Of a stretch of 64,000 nucleotides of DNA, positions 14,499 to 25,859 are shown piece by piece. A model generated the notes under the pieces. The model ran no database searches. It saw only the letters and a list, made by a program, of their open reading frames with translations, and was not told where the DNA came from. Origin of the DNA: the human T2T-CHM13v2.0 reference genome, Homo sapiens; the NCBI RefSeq assembly GCF_009914755.1, contig NC_060928.1. One strand, 5' to 3'. Numbering within the stretch: the stretch's first letter is position 1; the number at the start of each line of letters is the position of its first letter. A program made the position numbers and the translations under genes.

Positions 14499-16269
14499 TG
14501 AGTTTTATTCTTAGATTTGATGAGAAGATACCATGTTTTCCTGAGCTTGGTCTTTAAAGGTATTATAAAACATATGTCTTAAACCACCCCCCGACCTCAT
14601 TATTTTCACTTTGTTACTTAGGCACCTTAATTTTAAAGAGCAACTTCCGAGGCTTCTCCTATCTTATTTTTACCACCCCTGGCCCCACTATTTCCCATTA
14701 ACATGTCTTTTCTCATGCAAAAACTAAAATCAATTTCCATATCTGGCTTTGGGATAATTTGCACAAGGGTTATAATGTACTATACTTTGGTTCTGGAGTC
14801 CGTTATTTGTTTAGCAACAATATTCTAAGTCTATACTTGATATCAGAAGTCAAATTTATTTCAGAGCTTATCTTAAAATGATGGTTTAAAATTTGAAAGG
14901 GATTTTAAATTTAGAAATATAGACAAATCTCTTTGCAAGAAAAGGACATAGATCAAAAGATTCATTTACAATTTTTAAAGTGTACTCATGTGTACTTGGT
15001 CAAAACAAAGTTCATCTGCCATTTTTATGTGTAAAAATGGACTTGTCATAATTTCCTTCAGTGTATCTCTATCAGCTAAGATATTGTGTGACCTGAAAAT
15101 GTTTATTATAATCTGAAAACTTTAAAATATTTATTAGAAATTCAATCTTGAACTACGTTTATTTAGAAAAATTAAAGAAGGCTGAATGTAACATTGCTCT
15201 TAACATTTTCCATTGACAGATGTATGTTTATCCCTAGTGTATAAACTACTCAGTGTCTATGACAAAACATTCCTCCAAATACAAAATATTAATAGTTGCT
15301 ATCTGTACTAGGAATAAGAGAATCCAAGTTCTTTTTCTAAAAAAAAAAAAGAAAGGTAAATTCAACTTTTTTGAATAAATCTTTATCTTAAAAAAACCAA
15401 AGTAGAATTAATTCCAGATAATTACAAAATAGTCTTTTATCCTCTCTATCATTATATAAGAAAAAAGAAGCAGAAGAGGAAACCTTCCTATTTCAATGTA
15501 CATATAAAATAGGAACTTCATTTTCCTTAAACTGCATTAATGAATACAGTAACTCTGGGAAATAAACTAAAAACTATTTCCTCTTTCTCAAGGTAAATAT
15601 CAAATACTCCGCAATGTAAACAGAAGTAGTGTTCCAAATTGTTTTTTCTTTGCACTATAGGAATGCTTATATAATAACTAAGGGTGAGTAAATTACTTGC
15701 AATTTTTTAGTATAAGAATATTCCTAGCAATTTATATGGAAAGCTTTAGAAATTATGTGGACAATAGTGTTCTGATATGCTTCCATTAAATTTCTCTGTA
15801 GTCTCCAATTCAGCAAGTATTTACTGAGTACCTGCTACGTGCCTAACATAAAAACAACTTAAGCTGCCCTGTCCCGAGTCACTTTTAATCTGTAGTGCAG
15901 TAAGTGTCTATATATTAGAGCTCAATGCTAATGGGAGGAAGGTCAGGAGTTCAGTTTCCTCTGCCAGTTAGCTAGTTTTTATCTTTTGAATGACAATAGA
16001 CTCTTCCCTTTACTAAGCTTCTAATGGGGGAAAACTCCACTATTAATCCCAAATACATGCCATGATCATCAACTTCGTATACAAATGGCTATTCTTTAGA
16101 CATGTGTGTAGAGTGTTTTCCATTTGTTTCTACATATGTCACTGAACAAGTCATTTTGTTTCCCTGTGTTTGAGTTCAGTCATCTGGAAAATGGAAGCTA
16201 TAATTTAGATTATCTTTAGGGATCCGTTTGGCTCTAAAATAGAGTCTATATTTTCATAATTCTCAAAAG

Positions 16270-16620
16270 TTACTTTTGCATATGTTAATAGCAGCATTAT
16301 TCATAACAGCCAAAAGGTGGAAATAACCCAAATGTCCATCAACTGATGAATGGATAAACGAAATTTGCTACATCCATATATCATAATATTATTCAGCCAT
16401 AAAAAGGAATGAAGTATTGATACATGCCACAACATGGATGAATCTTGAAAACATTATACCAAGGGGAAGAAACTACTCACAAAAGATTACCTATGATATG
16501 ATTACATGCAAACTGATGATATGATTACATGCAAACTGTACAACTCTGTGAATATACTCAAAACTATTGAATTGCATATTTGTATGATATGTGAATTATA
16601 TCTCAATAAAGCTGTTAAAA
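16270..16620 (+). mobile_element. Old L1 (L1MB/L1ME-like) 3' end with internal deletion
   Basis: gcagcattattcataacagccaaaaggtggaaataacccaaatgtccatcaactgatgaatgg...tatctcaataaagctgtt. Confidence 0.8.
16493..16538. repeat. Perfect 23-bp tandem duplication
   Basis: atgatatgattacatgcaaactg twice. Confidence 0.95.
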
Positions 16621-16632
16621 AATTATTTCTAT

Positions 16633-16928
<296 letters not shown>

Positions 16929-17339
16929 GTTATTTCTAGTTCTTCTTAAGGTAAGAATAAATAGTGCATTAAAAATGTTTAATACAGAACATACTATTCC
17001 ATTGGGAATCCATTCTGCACCACAGACAAATGTAAGTTTCATAGGAAAAAATAGGGTGAAAGCTTTGAGAGTTTCAAGAAATTTGGTTCAATTCTATTTT
17101 CAACAGTACTTCCTGCAAACCATTCCAGAGGTCATCTTCCAATATTGATGCGATGAAATGCACTGCAATGATATAGCACTACCTGAACTGTGCTAAGCAC
17201 TTTTGCATTGATGGAATTGAAACTGTATTGCAAGCATAAGAAGACAAAACTAAAAGAAAAGCAACATACCCTTTACATCTGAGTAGTTTCATCATTTACA
17301 AAACAAACAAAACAAAACCCACAAAACCAAAACTATCAC

Positions 17340-17653
17340 TTTTTCTTTTTCTTGAGACAGAGTCTTCCACTGTCGCACAGACTGGAGTGCAGTGGCATGA
17401 ACTCAGCTCACTGCAACCTCTAACTCCAGGGTTCAGGTGATTCTTGTGCCTCAGCCTCCCAAGTAGCTGGGATTACAGGAGCATGCCAGCACGCCCAGAT
17501 AATTTTTTTTTTGTTTTTCTTTTTGTATTTTTAGTAGAGACGGATTTCACCATGTTGGCCAGGCTGGTCTCAAACTCCTGACCTCCAGTGATCCCCCCCG
17601 GACTTGGCCTTCCAGAGTGCTGGGATTACAGACATGAACCACTGTGCCTAGTC
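17340..17653 (-). mobile_element. Alu (older S or J)
   Basis: Reverse Alu dimer, ctatcac on both flanks. Confidence 0.88.
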
Positions 17654-20011
17654 CTATCACATTCTTTAACTCCAAAATTTCCCTCATAAAATAAGTACCT
17701 TGGGTGGTATCATCTCTTACAGACAATGAAAATGACCTGCTCAAATTCATATATGGCCAGCTAGCTGTCAGTGTCTATATATGTTTTCTGATGGCAAGTT
17801 TACCACTGGTTTGTACTGAATAGCTAACATCTTTACTTTTTCAGTGGTTTAGACAGGATGATCCTAAAATTTGAAAATATCCTCACCTTAGTTCATGTTA
17901 TCTTCTTTATTTGGAGTAATTAGCAAATATTTGGGCTCCATGGGTAATTAAACCATCATGTGAGAACAGAGCCCACAGAGATCTTATTTGTTCTCACTGA
18001 CAGTGATGAAGCATAAATTCAGACACACAACCCATAGGCACTGGCCCAGATTTAAAGTGAGGCAGCTTTTAACTCCCTCCCAGACTGTGTTTGTGGAGGG
18101 AGGGGGCAGTGCCAGGAGTGCTACCAGAGTGCCAACAAGTTAGGAAAAACAGAGACTTCTAGATAAATTAACTGAAAGGTGTCATCTCCACGAGCAGCAG
18201 AGGGCTCTCTAACACCACACAGAAACTCACAAGCTGGCCCAACATTACCTGGGTTCTTCCCTGGTGAACTCCCATACCATCCCCATGTTATCAACGTTTA
18301 CGTTGGCAAAAGGATATTCTAAAGAGCAATGCTTAGGAAGAACTGATGAATTCTACTGATAAGAAGCTTCAGTGAAACTTTTAGATATTGGGTCACTAAT
18401 ACATGTTTATTAATCGTCTTTAAGTCTTTTTTGAAGAAGAGCCACTACAATTTGGAATTATGATGTGCTTCACCATCATAAAACAAATATTCAATAATAT
18501 ACACTGGATATCATTATTTGCTACATGAAAAAAATAATTACATAGACATGATTGATTTCAGCTTCTCACTTTGGTAGACAAACCCAGGAAAGAACAGGAT
18601 GCCAACACATGAAAGCAGATGTCAATGCACTGAAATCAAAGGAATCCACATCAATCATCAGCACTCACAGGTTCATAACTTCATCTCATCTGCCATCATT
18701 ATTCCTTGTGGATATAAATTCAGTTAGTTTACTGGAAAGTTAGTCTAGCAAATTAAAATACTGCAATGAAAGTTGAGAGTTTTGTCATAGCTATGACTCA
18801 GAGTTAAAATTTTGTATCTTAGCCTGCTTGAGTCTTTCTATACATAAAATAGAGATCCTTACCTACATCCCCACAATACCTAAGGGGAAGAAAACTCAAT
18901 GAAATATGAATTGTACAAAGAGCCTGTGGTACAAACTAGGCCTGAGATCTGACAAAACAGATTATCTCATTAGTGACAGAAGGTAAATTTAGTCACCTGA
19001 GAAAACTTATATTTCAATTCTTAGTTTAATATAGTTTCTCCCTCCCTTTATTTCTGATATTATTTTATTTTTCTCAAGGAACTTTTTCCGATGGTAAGAA
19101 TATCCATATAAGTTGATACACTATGTTGAGTTTCATTATTAGCTATAAGTAGTATGTAAATATTTTAGTATTTTAAAAAATAACTGGGACTGTTTAATTA
19201 TCTCAATAGAGATAGTTAATAAGATCCTGTCTTTAAGCCATGTAGTGAATCATTAAGAACTGAGGACTTTACAGAAGGTTGTAATTTAAACATTCAGCCT
19301 CTGCCATGTTTTTTCTAAAGATCATGAGTTTCTAAACAGCCAACTCCATCCTGGAAACTCTGCCAATAACATTCAGTAATAAACAGATAGCAAGACACAT
19401 TTTATTTCATTTTTAGTTTTTGACCTTATCTGTCATTCTCATCTTGGCTACAGATTAGCAGTAACAACATATCTTCTATACACTCTCACAATACGCTAAG
19501 AAAGGCTAAAGAGGCATTTATGAAAACTGTAAGTTAAGTAGACATTAGGGTACAAACATGCCCCTAATAAAATCACACACTTACACGGGGTTAAATAATA
19601 CACAGGATAATATTATCCATCTAGGCACATCTCTATTATTACTATGCTAATCATACTGTGTATTACTGAATTCACCACATGGTACTGTAATTGTCTGGTA
19701 ATGTGTCTGCATCCTAACTAGCATGTGACCTCTTTGAAGGAGAGCTGTGTCTTAATTACCTTAGGATAACTGGCAGTACAGAGTAGTGTTCAGTCAAAGA
19801 GAAAATATTAAACAACACTCTAAGTATGTTTTGTTTTAATAGGTAAAACTGACAATTTAGGAAATGAAAGCATCAATTATGAAAAAATCCTCACATAAGG
19901 TCAGATATTAAATATGCTATTTGGAGATGTTGAGTAGTATAATGCTAGATTCCTATATATGCCAGCTGTCACTAGCTTTATAAGCGCTATAATCATTAAC
20001 TAGAATTTAGA

Positions 20012-20197
20012 TCAGTGTTTCTCTACGAGTGGACCATCTGCATTAGATTTAGGAAGCTTGTTAAAATGCAGATGCTCTCTCTGCTACCTCCAGATTTGGA
20101 TGCAGTGAGTCTAGGGAAGGAGGGCAACAGGAAGGATTTGATTTGAAAAATAAGTTCCTTAGGTAATTCTCATGCACTCAAAGTATGAGAAGCATTG
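20012..20197. mobile_element. MER5-like hAT MITE
   Basis: cagtgtttctc...agcttgttaaaatgcagat...aggtaattctcatgcactcaaagtatgagaagcattg. Confidence 0.65.
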
Positions 20198-22326
20198 AAC
20201 TCTCTGCTAAATACAAACAGTGAGCATGAATTTCTTTAGCTGCTATTTAAAGCTATTCTTTTACACATCCAATTTCAATGTAGTTTCTATCCCTTGGTGC
20301 TCTTAAACAGAATGGAACAAAGCACTCCTTCCAAGAATACTGCTAAGGCTCTGGAACCTTCCTGCTTCAGGCCCATAATGGTGGGGAGAGTCCGCAATAG
20401 TCATCATTACCACGAGAGTCACAGAAATCAATAGCCAAAGATATCAAACTGGGATTTGAAGAAACAATTACACGTAAGGGCGGGAAAGTTTTCTACACAA
20501 ATGCTTAAATTCACAAGGCACGCTTAACAAAGACAACCGCACAAACCTGGTCTTTACCTTCAGGAGGTTTATAACCAAAGGTAGGTACAGGCTGGCAGTA
20601 AAGATTGCAGGGAAATCAGTCAAATTAAACTCTAAGAGCTGGGTAAACATTGCGGCAGTGAATGCACGTAACAGCGCTCTTCAGAATGGTAATGCAAAGA
20701 AACAAAAGTAGCAACTCAACATTCTTGAATGCAAATTCAAATTATTCCTGCATTTATTCCTACTAGGTTCATTAATCATGACTAAAAATACAAAATAATT
20801 TACAGGAAATAATGATGGTTTTATTTTAGCTTTAATCGTTTTGATTGCCTAAACAATGTTTTAACAGTATAAAGATCTATTTTCTTCTTAACAATTATTA
20901 GAGCATCACATGGCTGGCTATTAGAGTTCAGTAGTAGCCAATATTCTTATCTAGAATACAATTTGCTTAAAACCCTTAAGAACTGATGTCATTATAAGGG
21001 GAAAAATGTCTCCAACTTTAAAGTTGGAAACCAAATCAAGACTCCACAAAGTGTTTTAGTCTCTCACAAGCTTTAAGCATGTGGACATTTTCACTGAGTT
21101 CACGTAGAAAAATTTTAGATATATTTGTAAACCACTTTCTGCTCCCTTGGATTCTTAATTTTTACAAAAGGAACTCTTTGGACACCCCCATCAGGTTCCC
21201 ATGACAGTGTCCTTGTTAGTACAGTGAAGGAAAAATGACTATACTGTTTTATCTCACTGTAAGTATCTGTAGAAACCATTTTGCAAATAAGCAATGTTTT
21301 AAAGCTTATTTTTCATTGCTAAAACAAAAACATTCACTGAAATATTTGTGGCATGGTTTTTAAAAATGAAATTAGTTTTTGTCTAGTTTTTTTTATCCTT
21401 AAATAAACCACATTTACTATTTGATTTAAAATTTTTTTTTTACTAATAAAACCTTCTATAGTTTTCCTAAATGAAACATTTCTATGGAATGAAATGCCAC
21501 TGCATGTAAAGCAGTTGAAGTTGAAATAGGACAATATGATTAGCAAAGGTAATGTTTAAAATCCTAAAATGTGACCTTGGGCAGCCCTGAGGCCCTCTCC
21601 ATGCCTACATTCTTCACTTCTTAGTTCACAACAGTGTTCTTTTTCATAAGACCCTTTGTTTAAATTTACCTTTCTCTGCTTTGGTATAACTCCTTCGCCT
21701 CCCCCCAGACCCACAATCTATATTATAATCACGAAGGAACAAAAACAGTCTTGCACTCAATCATTCTTACTAAGCAGTTTTAAAAAATGCTATTTGTGTA
21801 ATAAATCTGTCTGGAATTATTGAAGGGGAAATGTTATCCTTAACATTTATTCTCACATATTATGATGTACTTATTCATGGAAAATCCTTGCCTAGATCTG
21901 AACTCCAGAAGAGAAGAATCTTGTGATGCATTTTAAAAGGTCTTCAGCCTATCAACATCCTTTAAAATAGCCTTAGCAGAAACACTGCTAAGAAGCGGAT
22001 TCAGTTTTTATTATAAACTCGCTCATTATACTTCTCAGTCCATGTTTTTCTTCAGATTTCAAAGGTATTTTCTTATATTCATTTCCATTCAGAGAAGGAT
22101 ATAACTAAATACAACAATCAAGTGAAAAAGATAAGTTGGGCAAAATGTCAGTAAAAGAGCAGTATAATATTTAATTTTTTCTGTTCTTAGGGAGGAACCA
22201 TATGTACAACGGACTCTACACACTTTGCAGCATGTTACTAAAAGATGCCAAGTACTGGCAAAGTTATATGGCTTGATACAACTCAAAAAATACATAGCAG
22301 AATAAAATAAAATAGGAAAATACTAC

Positions 22327-22355
22327 CTTTGCAGAGGCATGATTTCACAAGCCAT
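22327..22355 (-). CDS. FAM13A: Coding part of the alternative first exon of short FAM13A isoforms (MACEIMPLQ-S)
   Basis: Minus strand cgagaATG GCT TGT GAA ATC ATG CCT CTG CAA AG|gtagta; Kozak A at -3 and G at +4. The phase-2 donor joins 4406 to give MACEIMPLQSSQEDERPLSPFYL, the N-terminus I recall for the short isoform. Confidence 0.95.
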
Positions 22356-22464
22356 TCTCGTATGTAAATTTGCAAGGGAATCTCACAACTGTCTCTTCCA
22401 CGGCAAGTTTGGTCGTCTGTACAGTGAACGTCTTCTTACAGCGGCTAAGCTGGGTTGGGGGCAT
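22345..22464 (-). CDS. Putative AUG-initiated upstream overlapping ORF, 39 aa (MPPTQLSRCKKTFTVQTTKLAVEETVVRFPCKFTYENGL)
   Basis: ATG at 22464-22462 in weak context (agcctcATGc), open to TGA at 22347-22345, out of frame with and overlapping the FAM13A AUG. Translation is not demonstrated. Confidence 0.45.
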   Translation of the reverse strand: MPPTQLSRCKKTFTVQTTKLAVEETVVRFPCKFTYENGL

Positions 22465-22700
22465 GAGGCTGCACCGCACGGCTGGAGAAACAACTTGCTC
22501 TGCAGTTGGCCAGTCTACTGCTGCTCTCAGCCTCCAAACTTCTTCAGGCAATGCTATTTTATCGGCTGCTTCTCTACATTTACACTGCAGTCCACTTTGA
22601 CCTTTTGTTCCAGGGAAGCAGCTGAACCACCGGGCCAATCAGAGCAGCAGCTGCTGCAGCACTAAAGGCGCTCCTCCTCCTCCCCCGCACCCTACTCCTT
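22356..22700 (-). other. FAM13A: 5' UTR / TSS zone of the short FAM13A isoform (5' boundary uncertain)
   Basis: Repeat-free, GC- and CpG-enriched stretch directly upstream of the AUG. The TSS cannot be fixed from sequence alone. Confidence 0.7.
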
Positions 22701-23200
22701 CTGCTCCTCAATGGTCCCTCCTCCTCCTCTTCCTCCTCCTCCTTCTCTCCTCCTGCTCCTGCTCCTCAGTGGGCTTGCCTAGTTCTGGTAACTTGAAACT
22801 TTCCTCTGAGCAGTTCCACAGACAAGATTTTCAGTCTGGGGCAAGCAACCAATAACTGCAGCAAGAGCCAAGAGTCCTGTACTTCTCAACATTACAGAGA
22901 CTGCCAGCAAGGATTCCATTTGTCAAGGAAAGACACTGCCCACGAAACTAAAGGTTTCTGTAGCAGAAGGCAAGAGTTATGTTGCGTCCCCTTTCTTCCT
23001 TAAAACAAAACAAAACGAAACAAAGACACTAGCCTTGAAAGGAGTGAGACTTTTCTAGAAGGAAAGCATGCCTCTAGACCCTTGCCCTACCCACATGTAT
23101 TTCCTGCTGATGTTTGTTTACACTGCGGTGGTTACTAGTCGCTGGTGACATCACCCAGCGCACGTAGCTCCACTTCTGGGGAGGATACGTGCCCTAAGTC
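22630..23200 (-). promoter_or_regulatory. Internal (alternative) promoter of short FAM13A
   Basis: Consensus NF-Y box GGCCAATCAG (CCAAT 22635-22639), (CCT)n tract 22671-22768, forkhead TGTTTAC 23115-23121, CRE/AP-1-like palindrome GGTGACATCACC 23144-23155, and HRE cores at 23160-23166 and 23186-23192, all just upstream of a first exon. Confidence 0.75.
22671..22768. repeat. Imperfect (CCT)n/(GGA)n polypyrimidine-polypurine tract
   Basis: ctcctcctcctcccc...cctcctcctcctcttcctcctcctccttctctcctcctgctcctgctcctc. Confidence 0.85.
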
Positions 23201-23988
23201 TCTGCCCAAGTTCTTAAGGGATCAGAATCCACTCTAATGAAAATTGTTTCAACTTACTATTTCTGCATTTTATTCTTATAAAACTGAATGTGTTTACACA
23301 GTTATTTTTCTCCATGAACATCAACAGCATTTTGGGGGGGTTGCTTTTTATTTTTATTTTTTTTTATAGGTAACACAAAATCAGTTTTTCCATAAAGTCT
23401 TCTAAATATTTGTTAATTATCACCTTCCCCTTATAATTTCTTCTTTGGTGTAGAATACCAGGGTGTTATTTTTAGGAACATAAATCCTAATCCATAGATT
23501 TTATACATTTTAAGAAAAATAGCAGAAATATATTTACATGATATTTTTTTCACATCATGAGTTGTAAAAAATTACAACATAGTCCAGACCATCACTTCTA
23601 GTAGTAGAAGGAACATGACATTCAGAAACAGTGAGGGCTTGTAGGCATGAGGTATCCCCTTCCCCTGTAATTTTTCCCCAATTTTATATAGATCACTCAT
23701 AATTCTGAATTTAGAACACAAGGTCCTATTTATTATAAGACATCTGCTTTTCTTTGCTATACCTGCTAATAAAAACATTTTCATTGTCTGACTAAATAAT
23801 CTGTGTTTATGAAAATAGATTTGCCATCCTAAAACTATCATCATACATAATGATAAACTATCAGTAACTAAAATCAGCCTTTTAAAACAAAAGGAGTTGA
23901 TTTAACCCCAAACTTATTTCAACTGAAATTGTCTATACTTTTTTGATTCTAGATTTACAAATTCTAATTTGATTTTCTAGTAACATAA

Positions 23989-24361
<373 letters not shown>

Positions 24362-24534
24362 TAAATAGCTGCTTGAGGTAGAAAATCACAATTATACATC
24401 ATAATATCTATTTTATTGATGAGTAAACTTGGTACTAGAAAATAACCTGTTCAAATTTACATGGAAAGGTAGTGGCAGAACAGAACCTGGAATCGGAATT
24501 TCTCCTGTCTATTCTGGAACTCGCTGCTATATAG

Positions 24535-24874
<340 letters not shown>

Positions 24875-25859
24875 ATGAACGTTTTAAATATCTTATACAA
24901 ATATTTTCAGAAATAGTTAATATTCAAGTGACAGAAATATTATTTTGTCCTTTCTGAATTTTATGAACACATTAATACTACCTGGCTAAAATAGACATAA
25001 AAGCTCAATAATAAAGGACCCAGCATTAAAAAAAATGTTAAGTTGAACTACAACACTCAATACATTCAAAATATGTTAAACTGAATTGCAATTTACATTT
25101 AATATTAGATTTCACATATATTTCCTAATAAATTAAGTTGCCCTATCAACATTCCTCTAACATGCCACATTACATAAAATGTCAATGTTTTTTTAAAAAA
25201 TTAATTAATGCTATAACTCAATAACTACATGCTTTTTCCAGTCTCCATCATTTATAACAATTCCTCCTTTTTATGGTTTTTGATCTATTTTGGGGGCATT
25301 ATTTGATAATTGTTTCTGAATTTGTACCTGATTGCAGCCCCTTCTCTCTACCCCAGCCACTGCCAGAGTTCTTGATCACTTAAATACTTTTCTTATTTCT
25401 ATTTCTAACATCCTCTTGTCAGTGCATAGTCAGGGAGTGGGAGTGCCATTCATGACCTCTGTCACTTCTAATTTTTCAAACACGGTATTTCAACTGCATT
25501 TCCCTGGCTACATTTCCCTTTCACTGAGCCCCTTAATGTGCATCCCTCTTAACCCCCACTACTTCTCCCTCTCCCATTCCTCTGCCTTTTCACTTAGCTC
25601 TCTGTTCAACTCCAACTGTTTTGTGATGTCCACAGAGGATAGCCTGCAATCATACCAACTGGCACGTAGGATTAAAAAAAAAAAAAAAACCATTCCTGAC
25701 CCTCCTGAGCATTTAGTTATTTCTAAAATGGGTTCCCTAGCATCTTCCACTTCTTCCCCCTTTATAAGTCCTGCCATCTGGGCTGTCTATTGCCAGAGTG
25801 CTAACGATTGCAAAAGAAAATCTCATAACTTGGTAACTAGTTATACTAAAAATTCGTAA

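Noticed and set aside
22345-22638. 97-aa minus-strand ORF from the track as a protein
   Set aside because: Its start is a TTG inside the ATTGG (CCAAT) box and may not be transcribed. Only the AUG-initiated last 39 codons are kept as a uORF candidate.
22339-22665. 108-aa and 76-aa plus-strand ORFs over the first exon
   Set aside because: Antisense to FAM13A, no recognisable homology, and expected by chance in GC-richer sequence.
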